64,000 nucleotides of DNA, from positions 3,168,001 to 3,232,000 of the forward strand of contig CBDETY010000003.1 in the NCBI GenBank assembly GCA_965243025.1. The letters run 5' to 3'. Origin of the DNA: Candidatus Latescibacterota bacterium (lineage in GTDB: Bacteria; Latescibacterota; UBA2968; UBA8231). Shown here one piece after another: positions 1-10,244 of this stretch. Numbering within the stretch: the first letter of the stretch is position 1; each line of letters starts with the position of its first letter. The notes beneath the pieces were generated by a model. The model had not been told where the DNA came from. It was given only the letters and a program-made list of their open reading frames with translations, and did no database searches. The position numbers and the translations under genes are program-made.

Positions 1-103
1 CGCCGCCGCCGGTCTCGAGATCGTCGAGCAGTACGGTACCTTCGACAGACAGCCGCTCGACGCCGACGCGAGGGAAATGATCTTTGTCCTGAAGAGGCGT
101 TAG
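1..103 (+). CDS. 3' end of a gene entering the window, probably a class I SAM-dependent methyltransferase
   Basis: Frame from nt 2 reads AAAGLEIVEQYGTFDRQPLDADAREMIFVLKRR* (TAG 101-103), resembling the terminal strands of SAM methyltransferases. Only 33 codons visible. Confidence 0.45.
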   Translation, partial: AAAGLEIVEQYGTFDRQPLDADAREMIFVLKRR

Positions 104-140
104 TCCGGGCGGTCACCAGCCCGTTTCGCGGCCGGACAAA

Positions 141-746
141 CTACTCCGCCAGCGGCAGCAGCATGCCCTCCTCGCCCCCGATCATCTCGGCCGCACCCCT
201 GAAGAAATCCCGCCCCACCAGCGCCGCGGCGACCGCGTCGAGCTCGTGTCCGCTCATCGAGGCGCGCAGCCCCCTGACTCCCAGCCGGGCCAGGCCCCTG
301 CGCAGGCCGTCGCGGTCGTGCTGTTGCCGGGGCAGCCCCCAGACGTCGAGGGCGCCGCCGGGATAGCACTCCACCGGCACCAGGCCGGCGGCCTCGATCT
401 CCGCCTTCAACCTGAGCCCGCGCTCCGTCAGCATCCGCATCGGCCCCAGGGTTATCGGGAAGAAGCGGATTTTCCGCCGCTGCAGCTCGCGGTCGCAGGG
501 CCGGAAGTGCTCCCCGTTGCGGTCGCCGATCTCCCTCCGGCCCGGCGGCAGGCTGAGCGGCGCGTCGATCGGCACGAGGTCGGGATCGGCGGCGCGGATG
601 AGGTCCAGGATTTCGGCGTCGTCGAAGGCGTGCTGCGTGCGGGCGCGGTCCCCGGTCAAAATGCAGATGCCGGTCGGTCTCGCGGGCGAGCCGGCCAGGT
701 CGATGCCGGCGACGACCAGAGGCTTCATTTTCGAACTGGAATTCAT
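141..746 (-). CDS. DUF429 family protein (predicted RNase H-like nuclease)
   Basis: C-terminal part of ORF 141..2936: VAGIDLAG...IDAPLSLP...RPCDREL...ECYPG...HELDAVAAA. GGAGG precedes ATG at 746. Confidence 0.75.
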   Translation of the reverse strand: MNSSSKMKPLVVAGIDLAGSPARPTGICILTGDRARTQHAFDDAEILDLIRAADPDLVPIDAPLSLPPGRREIGDRNGEHFRPCDRELQRRKIRFFPITLGPMRMLTERGLRLKAEIEAAGLVPVECYPGGALDVWGLPRQQHDRDGLRRGLARLGVRGLRASMSGHELDAVAAALVGRDFFRGAAEMIGGEEGMLLPLAE

Positions 747-959
747 TCCGGCCTCCCCGGGCCCGGCGGGGATGCCCGGCGGCCGGCCTGAATCGACTTG
801 TCCGTGCCGCGTCGAGTTCCGCACATTAGCAGCTGTTTCACAGTTGGCACCCCTGATACCTCTTGTAATCCCGATACCTCGCTTCCCCGAAACAAACAAA
901 CGAAAGATCCATCCCGTGGCATTTATCAGGATCATCGTGGCCTTCGAAGGGGTTCCCGC

Positions 960-3098
960 ATGACTGAACCCTCCGCATCCTCCGCCTCGACGGGCCACGT
1001 TCCCGGAACCGCCGCGGCCAACGGCCGGGTGCGGGTGAGCGCCGACGTCGGCGGCACCTTCACCGATGTCGTCCTCGTCGACGGCCGCGGCTCGGTCTGG
1101 ACCCACAAGGTTCCCTCGACGCCGCCCGACTTCGAGCGCGCCGTGCTCGACGCCACCCGGCACCTGCTCGAACGGTCGGGCACCGCGGCCTCCGAGGTCG
1201 GGGAGGTGGCGCACGGAACCACCGTGGCGACCAACGCCGTGCTCGAGCGCCGCGGCGCGCGCACCGCCCTGGTGACCACCGGCGGCTTCCGCGACGTCCT
1301 CGAGCTGCGCCGCATCCGCGCCCCGCAGATCTACGACCTCTTCTGGGACAAGCCGCCGCAGCTGGTCGATCGCAGCCTGCGCCTCGAGCTGAGCGAGCGC
1401 CTCGCCGCCGACGGCGAGGTGCTGCGGCCGCTCGTGGAGGACGAGCTGCGCGCCGTCGGGGAACGGCTGCTCGGCGAGGAGATCGAATCGGTGGCGGTCT
1501 GCCTGCTGCACTCCTACGCCCACCCGGGGCACGAGCAAACGGTCGGCGACTTCCTGACCCGCGAGCTGCCCGGGGTTCCCGTCTCCCTCTCCCACCAGGT
1601 GCTTCCCGAGCGCAAGGAGTACGAGCGCACCGCCACCACCGTAGTCAACGCCTACGTGCGCCCGGTGATGAAGGGGTACCTCGGGGCCCTGGGCGACGGC
1701 CTGCGCGGCATCGGCTGCGACGCCCCGCTGTTGATCATGCAGTCGGCCGGGGGCCTGACCCCCGAGGCGGACGCCGCCGAGCGGCCGGTGTTCGTCCTCG
1801 AGTCCGGCCCCGCCGCCGGGGTGCTGGCCGCGGCAGCGGCGGCCGAAGCCGCGGGGATCGGCAACGCCGTCACCCTCGACATGGGGGGGACCACCGCCAA
1901 GGCCTCGATGATCGAGGGGGGCCGCGTCGGCTACAGCCCGGAGTACGAAGTCGGCTCCACCCTGTCGGCGGGGAGCCGGCTGATGGGGGGCGGCGGCGAG
2001 CTGATCCGCGCCCCAAGCCTCGACATCGCCGAGGTCGGGGCCGGCGGCGGCAGCATCGCCTTCCTCGACGCCGCCGGCGGCCTGCGGGTCGGGCCGCGCA
2101 GCGCCGGGGCGGTTCCGGGCCCGGTCTGCTACGGACGCGGCGGCGCCGAGCCGACCCTGACCGACGCCGACGTCGCCCTCGGGTACATCCGCCCCGGGGC
2201 CCTCGCCGACGGCGAGGTCCGCATCGACCCGCAAGCGGCCGCCGCAGTGATCGCCGACCGCATCGCCGCCCCGCTCGGCCTCGACCTGCCCGCCGCGGCC
2301 GAGGGCATCCACCGCATCGCCAACGCCCGCACCATGCGCGCCCTGCGTTCGGTTTCGACCGAGCGCGGCCGCGACCCCCGCGACTTCACCCTGATCGCCT
2401 TCGGGGGCGCCGGGCCCGTCCACGCCGCGGGGCTGGCGAGCGAGCTGGCCATCGCCACCGTCATCGTGCCCCCGAACCCGGGGCTGTTCAGCGCCGTCGG
2501 GCTGCTCTGCTCCGGTGTCGAACACCACGAGGTCCGCAGCTGCCTGCTCTCCGGGGCGCAGCTGACCCCTGAGGCCCTGGCGGGGATCCGCGGCGAGATC
2601 GACGCCGCCCTGGAGGAGCGCTTCGGTTCCGAGGGGTTCGCCGGGGAAGAGATCGAGCTGCTCTGCTCCGTCGACATGCGCTTCAAGGGGCAGGCCTCCG
2701 AGATCCGCATCGAGCTGCCCGGGGCCGTCGACGGAGAGGTGATCCCGCGGCTGTCCGCGGACTTCGAGGAGGAGCACGAGCGCCTCTACGGGCACCGCTC
2801 CGACCCGGACAACCCGATCGAGGTGATCGCCGTGCGCGGCATCGGCCGCACCGGGGGAACCGGCCTTCCCGGGCGCACCGAGCCGGCCGGCGCCGCCGCC
2901 CAAGGAGGTGAGCGGGTTGCCTACTTCGGGAGCCATGGGTCGATCTCCACCCCGGTGGTGGCGCGCGGCGACCTCGACGATTGGGCGGACGGGCCGCTGC
3001 TGATCGACGAGTACGACTCGACCATCGTCGTCCCCCCCGGGGCGCGGGCCCGCCGCGACGACCGGGGCAACCTCCTGATAGAGACCGGTCCCGCATGA
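960..3098 (+). CDS. Hydantoinase/oxoprolinase family protein, subunit A (HyuA-like)
   Basis: DVGGTFTD, HGTTVATNA, EYERTATTVVNAY, ESGPAAG, DMGGTTAK, GPRSAGAVPGP motifs. Confidence 0.92.
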   Translation: MTEPSASSASTGHVPGTAAANGRVRVSADVGGTFTDVVLVDGRGSVWTHKVPSTPPDFERAVLDATRHLLERSGTAASEVGEVAHGTTVATNAVLERRGARTALVTTGGFRDVLELRRIRAPQIYDLFWDKPPQLVDRSLRLELSERLAADGEVLRPLVEDELRAVGERLLGEEIESVAVCLLHSYAHPGHEQTVGDFLTRELPGVPVSLSHQVLPERKEYERTATTVVNAYVRPVMKGYLGALGDGLRGIGCDAPLLIMQSAGGLTPEADAAERPVFVLESGPAAGVLAAAAAAEAAGIGNAVTLDMGGTTAKASMIEGGRVGYSPEYEVGSTLSAGSRLMGGGGELIRAPSLDIAEVGAGGGSIAFLDAAGGLRVGPRSAGAVPGPVCYGRGGAEPTLTDADVALGYIRPGALADGEVRIDPQAAAAVIADRIAAPLGLDLPAAAEGIHRIANARTMRALRSVSTERGRDPRDFTLIAFGGAGPVHAAGLASELAIATVIVPPNPGLFSAVGLLCSGVEHHEVRSCLLSGAQLTPEALAGIRGEIDAALEERFGSEGFAGEEIELLCSVDMRFKGQASEIRIELPGAVDGEVIPRLSADFEEEHERLYGHRSDPDNPIEVIAVRGIGRTGGTGLPGRTEPAGAAAQGGERVAYFGSHGSISTPVVARGDLDDWADGPLLIDEYDSTIVVPPGARARRDDRGNLLIETGPA

Positions 3099-4822
3099 GC
3101 GCAGTCGATCCCATTACCCGGGAAATAATCCAGAACGCCCTGGCTGCCTCGGCCGACGAGATGGCCGTCGCCCTCTACCGCACCGCCTACTCGACGGTGG
3201 TCCGCGACTGCCTCGACTACTCGACCTCCCTGTGCGACGCCAACGGCGACATGATCGCCCAGGGGGTCACCATACCCCTGCATCTGGGCGCCGTCCCCTA
3301 CGCCATGGAAACCCTGTTCGCCAAGTTCGAGGGGGACATGGAGCCCGGGGACGTGTTCATCATGAACGACCCGTTCGACGGCGGCATGCACATCCCCGAC
3401 ATCTTCATCGTCAAGCCGATCTTCCACGGGGAGGAGAGGATCGGGTTCGCGGTCAGCACCGCCCACCACCTCGACCTCGGCGGCCGCCTGCCCGGCAGCT
3501 CCGCCTGCGACAACACCGAGATCTTCCACGACGGCCTGCGCATCCCCTGGCTGAAGCTCCACCACCGCGGCGTCCCGGACGACGCCCTCTACACCCTGCT
3601 GCGCGCCAACGTGCGCGTCCCCCGCATGACGCTGGGCGACCTCAACGCCCAGCTGTCGGCCTGCCACATCGGCGAGCGCCGCATCCTCGAGCTGGCCGCC
3701 AAGTACGGGGTCGGGACCTTCAGGAGCTGCGCCGCCGACCTCATCGACTACACCGAGCGGCTGGTGCGGGCCGAGATCGCCTCCTGGCCGGACGGCAGCC
3801 ACACCTTCACCGACTACCTCGACAGCAACGGCGTCGGCGGTCCGCGCGTAAAGCTGCAGGTGACCCTCACCGTCGAGGGGGACTCGCTCACCGCCGACTT
3901 CCGCGGCACCGACCCGCAGGCGCCCGGGGCGATCAACAACTCCCTCTCCTTCACCGCGTCGGTCGCCACCCTCTGCGTGCGTTCCGTGTTCCGCGAGGAG
4001 ATCCCCAACACCGCGGGAATGTTCCGCCCCATCCGCATCGTCACCGAGCCGGGCACCGTGGTCCACGGGGTGATGCCCGCGGCCTCGTCGATGCGCGGGA
4101 TCACCGGCTTCCGTCTCGTCGACACCATGTTCGGGGCCCTGTCGGGGATCGTGCCGGACCGGGTGATGGCCGCAGGCGAGGGGGGCAACTCCCTGGTGAT
4201 CATCGGCGGCGAGCACGAGGACAAGTCCCCCTACGTCTACTTCGAGCTCATCTGCGGGACCTGGGGCGGGCGCCCCGACCGCGACGGCATCGACGGCATC
4301 ACCAACCCCGCCAACGTCGCCAGCAACGTCCCGGTCGAGCAGGCGGAGTCGGAGTACCCGCTCCGCATCGAGCGCTACGGCCTCGTCGACGACAGCGGCG
4401 GCGCCGGCAAGTACCGCGGCGGCATGGCCATCGAGCGGGAGTGGACCCTGCTGAGGGACGACGCCCACCTCGCGATCCGCTCCGACCGCCGCGACCACCC
4501 GCCGTACGGGCTGTACGGCGGCCTGCCGGGATCGCCGTCGAACTCGATCCGCCACGGGCCCGCGGGAGAAGAGGTGCTTCCCACCATGATCTCGACCCGG
4601 CTCGCGGCAGGCGAGAGCCTGTACCACAGGCAGCCGGGCGGCGGCGGCTGGGGCGACCCGCTGGAGCGGCAGCCGGAGCTGGTCGCCCGGGACGTCCGCA
4701 ACGGCAAGGTCACGCCGCAGTCGGCGCGCCGCGAATACGGGGTCGTCCTGGACGGCGGCTTCGCCGTGCTCGAGGAGGAAACCGACAGGCTGCGAGGCGA
4801 AATCCGCGCTTCCCGGGGATGA
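3095..4822 (+). CDS. Hydantoinase B/oxoprolinase family protein (HyuB-like)
   Basis: RTAYSTVVRDCLDYS, NDPFDGGMHIPD, HHLDLGG, DSGGAGKYRGG, GGGGWGDPLER. ATGA overlap with subunit A. Confidence 0.92.
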   Translation: MSAVDPITREIIQNALAASADEMAVALYRTAYSTVVRDCLDYSTSLCDANGDMIAQGVTIPLHLGAVPYAMETLFAKFEGDMEPGDVFIMNDPFDGGMHIPDIFIVKPIFHGEERIGFAVSTAHHLDLGGRLPGSSACDNTEIFHDGLRIPWLKLHHRGVPDDALYTLLRANVRVPRMTLGDLNAQLSACHIGERRILELAAKYGVGTFRSCAADLIDYTERLVRAEIASWPDGSHTFTDYLDSNGVGGPRVKLQVTLTVEGDSLTADFRGTDPQAPGAINNSLSFTASVATLCVRSVFREEIPNTAGMFRPIRIVTEPGTVVHGVMPAASSMRGITGFRLVDTMFGALSGIVPDRVMAAGEGGNSLVIIGGEHEDKSPYVYFELICGTWGGRPDRDGIDGITNPANVASNVPVEQAESEYPLRIERYGLVDDSGGAGKYRGGMAIEREWTLLRDDAHLAIRSDRRDHPPYGLYGGLPGSPSNSIRHGPAGEEVLPTMISTRLAAGESLYHRQPGGGGWGDPLERQPELVARDVRNGKVTPQSARREYGVVLDGGFAVLEEETDRLRGEIRASRG

Positions 4823-5020
4823 CCCCTGCCCGCCGGGGGCGGGAAGAACCGGCGTTTGAGAGGGGTCCCGGGTGGCGGATGCGCTGTTCCTGCCTGCCGA
4901 AAATGGATCAGGCGCCGTGCCGGCCATCCCACCCCCCCTCTTTCGGTTGGGGAACCCCGCTATTCCGCTATAGCAACTTCCGACCATTTCAGCTGCTGCG
5001 CCTGTAAACGGAGGTGAAGG

Positions 5021-5974
5021 ATGAGCGGTAACCCGATCATAAAACTTTGTCACCCAGCTCTCGGCCTGCTTCTGGCGCTCGCAATGTCCGCCGGCGCCCA
5101 CGTCGGCGACCGCGTGTACCCCATCGCTTACCTCAACGACGGGATGCTGGAAAGGATCGATCTCAAGGACGGCCTCGTGGACGAGTGGCAGGATCTGGTC
5201 GGCGAGCCGTCCATGACCCTGCTGGATTTCGCGGAATCGTTCGGGAACAGTGAACTGGATCCGTCCGACCTGGACTTCCGCATCTGGCTGGCCTGGCACG
5301 ACGATCCCCCTCGCCTGTATGCGGCGGTTGTGGCCAGCGATGACGTGTACAACAACACCCACGACTACGATGCCAGTCTCCTCATCGCAAATATGAACGT
5401 GCACGACAGCATCACCCTGGTGATTGACGGAGACCACGGCGGGGGCCTGGGCTGCGGCATGGATTGCTCGTGGGAAGAGGGCACCGAAATCCGGGGGCCT
5501 AATCAGAGGTATGACGCGGTCGCACGCACTGCTTCAGGTCCGACCCTGGATGACAGGTGGCGTAGAACCCTGGCGGAAGAACTGGCCTGGACTGCCCTGC
5601 CCCCTTACGGAGACGGGGGGGGAGGAGTAGAGGGAGAAGAGCCATTCATCAGCGTTATCGAGCTGTATGTAACGCCGTTCGACCGCCTTGCGTACGACGA
5701 CATCGAGGGGAGTGTGGCCAGCGATCTGACCGCCGGGCAGGTCATCGGCTTTGCGATTGTTGTACACGACAACGACGAGCCTGATGACGGGGGAATCTGG
5801 GTACCGGAAGCCATGGTTCCCGGTTCCCCGCCTGCATATATCCGAATCGTTCAAGTCAAGGCAGATGGTTTTCTCGACGGCTTCCTTCTTTCCGGCGAAA
5901 CCGGGGGTCCGGCAGACTCCGCGGTCGGGTCGGTCTCCTGGGGCCGGATCAAGGCCTCCCTGGAGATCGATTAA
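5021..5974 (+). CDS. Secreted acidic hypothetical protein (possibly carbohydrate-binding CBM9-like fold) with C-terminal SWGRIK motif
   Basis: GGAGG RBS, signal peptide ending AGA-H, Asp-rich body, ends DSAVGSVSWGRIKASLEID. Paralog starts at 63803. Confidence 0.75.
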   Translation: MSGNPIIKLCHPALGLLLALAMSAGAHVGDRVYPIAYLNDGMLERIDLKDGLVDEWQDLVGEPSMTLLDFAESFGNSELDPSDLDFRIWLAWHDDPPRLYAAVVASDDVYNNTHDYDASLLIANMNVHDSITLVIDGDHGGGLGCGMDCSWEEGTEIRGPNQRYDAVARTASGPTLDDRWRRTLAEELAWTALPPYGDGGGGVEGEEPFISVIELYVTPFDRLAYDDIEGSVASDLTAGQVIGFAIVVHDNDEPDDGGIWVPEAMVPGSPPAYIRIVQVKADGFLDGFLLSGETGGPADSAVGSVSWGRIKASLEID

Positions 5975-6271
5975 CTGGTCCGCTGTCGCCTGCTCAGGCC
6001 CTTGCTTGCTGACCCGCTTGCCTGACGCCTGACCCTCTGAACCGGTCCGCCCCTGCCCGGTTCGCCCGCCTCCACCGCTCCTGTTCCTCCCTGCGCGGGC
6101 GCCGCTCCGTATACCGACTGCGCCAGGGACGGACTTCCCCAGGCCCTCCAACGCCGCGGCTTCCTGGAGTATCTTATCACTGGTTGACGGCTCCCCCGCC
6201 CCGACTGCTCTGTCAACTATCCTCGGCGCCGTTGTTGCCGCGCCCGGAGATAAAGCGAGAATACCTGCGCC

Positions 6272-7843
6272 ATGCGCTTTTTCAACACCAGCGGCCCCAT
6301 CAAGCCTGAAAGGCACTACTGCATCCCGCCGTTGGAACGCCTGGATATGGCCGAGGTGCTCGGACTGGTCCGGGACGAGAAGTACTTCGTCCTGCACGCC
6401 CCCCGGCAGACGGGCAAGACCTCGGCGCTGCTGGCGTTGCGCGACCTGCTCAACGCCGGGGGGGCCTACTGTTGCGTGTATGTCAACATCGAGGGTGCTC
6501 AAGCCCTGCGCGAAGACGTGGAGCAGGCGATGCGTGTCATTCTGGGCGAGTTGGCGACCCGGGCGCGTCTGGCGGGCGACGACTTTCTGTCCGGGGCATG
6601 GTCCGGGATTTTCGCCGAGTTCGGACCGGGTGCCCTGCGCGAGGCGTTGACGCGCTGGGCGGAGGCCGCTCCCAAACCCCTGGTGCTGCTCATCGACGAA
6701 ATCGACGCGCTGATGGGGGATTCGCTGCTGTCGGTGCTGCGTCAGTTGCGCGCCGGCTACGACCTGCGTCCGGAGGGCTTTCCGCAGAGCGTGGTGCTGT
6801 GCGGGGTGCGCGACGTGCGGGATTACCGCATCCATTCCCGCTCCGCCAATGCCATCATCGCCGGCGGCAGCGCCTTCAACATCAAGGCGCGCTCCTTCCG
6901 ACTGGGCGACTTCTCGCGAGAGGAGGTGCGCGCCCTGCTGGCCCAGCACACCGAGGAGACGGGGCAGGTGTTCATGCCCGAGGCCCTGGACGCAATCTGG
7001 AAGCAGACCCAGGGGCAGCCGTGGCTGGTCAACGCGCTGGCCGACGAAACCTGCTTCCGGGACGGCGCTGGGGCAGCCCGGGACCGTCCAGTCACCCCCG
7101 AGGCGGTCCGCCAGGGGCAAGAGCAACTCATCCTGCGCCGGGAAACGCACCTCGACCAGTTGGCCGACAAGCTGCAGGAAGACCGCGTGCGGCGCGTCGT
7201 GGAGCCGCTTTTGAGCGGGGTAGAGCAAGGGGAGTTTTCGGCTCGCGACCTCGAGTATGTCCGCGACCTGGGCTTGATCGCCCGGGACGACCCGCTCCGC
7301 ATCGCCAATCCCATCTACGCCGAAGTCGTTCCGCGCGAACTGACCTACGCCGCCCAGTCCGGCCTTGTCCAGGACACGGCCTGGTACGTCGATGCCGATG
7401 GGCGGTTGAACGCAGTCGCACTGCTGACGGCGTTCCAGGACTTCTTCCGCGAGCACTCCGAGCACTGGGTCGAACGGTTCGAGTACAAGGAAGCGGGTCC
7501 GCAACTGCTGTTGCAGGCGTTCTTGCAGCGCATCGTCAACAGCGGCGGGCGCATCGAGCGGGAATACGGCCTGGGGCGCAGGCGGACCGACCTGCTGATC
7601 GTGTGGCCGCAGGGCGAGCGGACGCGGAAGATCGTGATCGAGTGCAAAGTGCTGCACAAGAGTCTGGAGCAGACCGTGGCCGAAGGGGTGGAGCAGACGG
7701 CCGGCTACATGGATCTCTGCGCGGCCGAAGCGGGGCATCTGGTGATCTTCGACCGGCGCGCGGACCGGGGTTGGGAGGACAAGCTCTTCCACTGCCGGCG
7801 GGCGGCGGACAGCGGAATCGAGATCGACATCTGGGGCATGTGA
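6272..7843 (+). CDS. AAA-like P-loop ATPase with C-terminal PD-(D/E)xK nuclease-like domain
   Basis: MRFFNTSGP N-terminus, Walker A APRQTGKT, Walker B LLIDEID, C-terminal RTDLLI...IVIECK. Confidence 0.8.
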   Translation: MRFFNTSGPIKPERHYCIPPLERLDMAEVLGLVRDEKYFVLHAPRQTGKTSALLALRDLLNAGGAYCCVYVNIEGAQALREDVEQAMRVILGELATRARLAGDDFLSGAWSGIFAEFGPGALREALTRWAEAAPKPLVLLIDEIDALMGDSLLSVLRQLRAGYDLRPEGFPQSVVLCGVRDVRDYRIHSRSANAIIAGGSAFNIKARSFRLGDFSREEVRALLAQHTEETGQVFMPEALDAIWKQTQGQPWLVNALADETCFRDGAGAARDRPVTPEAVRQGQEQLILRRETHLDQLADKLQEDRVRRVVEPLLSGVEQGEFSARDLEYVRDLGLIARDDPLRIANPIYAEVVPRELTYAAQSGLVQDTAWYVDADGRLNAVALLTAFQDFFREHSEHWVERFEYKEAGPQLLLQAFLQRIVNSGGRIEREYGLGRRRTDLLIVWPQGERTRKIVIECKVLHKSLEQTVAEGVEQTAGYMDLCAAEAGHLVIFDRRADRGWEDKLFHCRRAADSGIEIDIWGM

Positions 7844-7932
7844 CGGCCCCGGTCCCACCATCCTGGCGCGGTTCCCCCCTTCCGGCCAGTGACCCACACC
7901 TTGCCGGCTCAGCCGGCTCCCGAAAGGACGAG

Positions 7933-8679
7933 ATGATCGAAACACCGGATATCGAACGGCCCCCGCAGGACCTGATCGAGGCGCTGGGCGCAATCAGCAG
8001 CGCCACCGCCAGCGGCGAGCTCGCCCGCCTGGGGATTCGCGACCCCCACCTGAGCGGCTGCATCGCGCGCACCCCGGGAAAGCGGGTCGTCGGCCCGGCG
8101 CTGACCCTGCAGTTCATGCCCAAGCGGGAGGACCTCTACGACGTCGACGAGTACGCCGACCCGGAGAGGCAGCTGCACCGCCACGCCCTCTACCACACCC
8201 GGCCGGGGGACATCGTCGTCGTCGACGCGCGCGGCAACCTGTCGAGCGGCGTCTTCGGGGACATGATGATGACCTTCTTCAAGGGGCGCGGCGGCATCGG
8301 GGCGGTGGTCGACGGCTGCATCCGCGACTTTCCCAAGGTCCGCACCCTCGGGCTCGGGCTGTGGCTGCGCGGCGTCACCCCGAACTTCCACACCCAGACC
8401 GACATCTTCCCGTACGCCGTCAACGTGCCGGTCGCCTGCGGCGGCACCACGGTCGTTCCCGGAGACATCATCGTCGCCGACGACGACGGGGCCACCGTGG
8501 TGCCGGCGGCCCTGGCCCCGGAGCTGATCGAGAAGGCGACGGCCCACGAGGAGTGGGAGGACTTCAGCCGCATGAAGCTGGCCGAGGGGGGCCACCTGCG
8601 GAAGTACTACCCCTTGAGCGAAGAGGGCCGCGCCGAGTACGAAGAGTGGCTGAAGGCCGGGGGGCCCAAGCCCGAATAG
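7933..8679 (+). CDS. RraA/HMG-aldolase family protein
   Basis: GPALTLQF, GDIVVVDARG, GAVVDGCIRD, VVPGDIIVADDDG. RBS AAGGA before ATG 7933. Confidence 0.85.
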   Translation: MIETPDIERPPQDLIEALGAISSATASGELARLGIRDPHLSGCIARTPGKRVVGPALTLQFMPKREDLYDVDEYADPERQLHRHALYHTRPGDIVVVDARGNLSSGVFGDMMMTFFKGRGGIGAVVDGCIRDFPKVRTLGLGLWLRGVTPNFHTQTDIFPYAVNVPVACGGTTVVPGDIIVADDDGATVVPAALAPELIEKATAHEEWEDFSRMKLAEGGHLRKYYPLSEEGRAEYEEWLKAGGPKPE

Positions 8680-8768
8680 CTGCTGGCGGCCTCGACCGGG
8701 CCGCCTTCCCCGCGGGGCCGCTCACATCACCATCACAGGGACTGGTTACCGGACAAGGAAACACCCCC

Positions 8769-10244
8769 ATGCGCATCGCCACCGGCAGCATCGGCCACGA
8801 GACCAACACCTTTTCCAAGGTGCCCACCACCCTGGAGAGCTTCGAGCGGGGGACGTACGAAACCGGGGAGGGCATCGTCGCTGCCTTCGCCGGGACCGGC
8901 ACGGTCACCGGCGGTTTCATCGACGGCGCCGGAGAGCTGGGGGTCGAGCTCGTTCCCCTGCTGTGGACCTTCGCCATGCCTTCGGCCACCGTCGAGCAGA
9001 CGGCGTACGAGACCCTGAAGCGGCGCTTCCTCGAGCGCCTCGAGGCCGCCCTCCCGGTGGACGGGGTCCTGCTCGACCTGCACGGGGCCATGGTCACAGA
9101 GGCGCACGAGGACGCCGAGGGAGACCTGCTCGCCGCGGTGCGCGAAGTCGTCGGCACGATTCCCCTGGTGACCACCCTCGACCTGCACGCCAACATCACC
9201 GCGGCGATGGCGGCCTGCGCCGACGCCATAGTCGGCTTCGACACCTACCCCCACGTCGACTGCTACGAGCGCGGCCTCGAGGCCGTGCGCCTGATCCGCG
9301 ACACCGCGGCCGGGACGATTTCCCCGGAGACCGCCTACCGCCAGCTGCCCCTGCTGACCGGGCCGCCGGCGCAGTGCACGATGAAGCAGCCGATGAGCGG
9401 CATCGTCGAGAGGCTCCACGCGCTCGAGGGGCGCCCCGGAGTGCTCACCGCCACCCTGTCGATGGGGTTCCCGTTCGCCGACATCCGCGACGCCGGGGCC
9501 TCGGTGCTGGTCGCCGCAGACGGCGACAAGCAGCTCGCCGAGCACTGCGCCGAAGAGTTCGCCGGATACCTGTGGGAGCGCCGCGCCGAGCTCGTGCCCG
9601 ACCTGGTCTCCGTCGAGGAGGCGATCGCCCGCTCCCGCGCCAGCGAGGGGAAACCGTTCGTGCTCGCCGAGGGCTCGGACAATCCCGGGGGCGGCGGCCC
9701 CTGCGACGGCACCCACGTGCTGAGGGCGTTCCTCGAGGCGGGGGTGAGCTGCGCCGTGATCGCCATCATCGCCGACCCGGAGTCGGTCGACCTCGCTTTC
9801 CGGGCCGGCCCCGGAAACCGCGTCGCCCTGCGCATCGGCGGCAAGACCGACCCCCTGCACGGGGAGCCGGTGGAAGCGACGGTGGGGGTCAGGCGGATCT
9901 CCGACGGCCGCTTCGTCCACAAGGGGCCGATGGGGCGCGGCAAGTCCGGGCGCCTCGGCCGCACCGCGGTGGTCGAGGCCGGCGGCGTCACCGTCCTGCT
10001 GACCGAGGAGCGGGTGCAGCCGTACGACGTCGAGGTGCTGCGCTCGAACGGCATCGCGCCCGAGGACTGCGAGCTGATCGCCCTGAAGTCAGCCGTCCAC
10101 TTCCGCGCCGACTACACCCCGGTCGCCTGCGAGATCCTCGACGTCGACACCCCGGGGGTGCACAGCCCCGACCTCTTCAGCTACGACTACCGCAGGCTGA
10201 GGCGGCCGATCTTTCCGCTCGACCCGGATGTGAGCTGGAGGTAG
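8769..10244 (+). CDS. MlrC-like M81 family metallopeptidase
   Basis: HETNTFS, LDLHGAMV, DLHAN, TYPHVD, DNPGGG, KSAVHFRADY. Confidence 0.9.
   Translation: MRIATGSIGHETNTFSKVPTTLESFERGTYETGEGIVAAFAGTGTVTGGFIDGAGELGVELVPLLWTFAMPSATVEQTAYETLKRRFLERLEAALPVDGVLLDLHGAMVTEAHEDAEGDLLAAVREVVGTIPLVTTLDLHANITAAMAACADAIVGFDTYPHVDCYERGLEAVRLIRDTAAGTISPETAYRQLPLLTGPPAQCTMKQPMSGIVERLHALEGRPGVLTATLSMGFPFADIRDAGASVLVAADGDKQLAEHCAEEFAGYLWERRAELVPDLVSVEEAIARSRASEGKPFVLAEGSDNPGGGGPCDGTHVLRAFLEAGVSCAVIAIIADPESVDLAFRAGPGNRVALRIGGKTDPLHGEPVEATVGVRRISDGRFVHKGPMGRGKSGRLGRTAVVEAGGVTVLLTEERVQPYDVEVLRSNGIAPEDCELIALKSAVHFRADYTPVACEILDVDTPGVHSPDLFSYDYRRLRRPIFPLDPDVSWR

Noticed and set aside
747-2936. N-terminal 730 aa of the 931-aa minus ORF
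   Set aside because: Mostly antisense to hydantoinase A. Only the last ~200 aa (DUF429), which has its own RBS, is credible.
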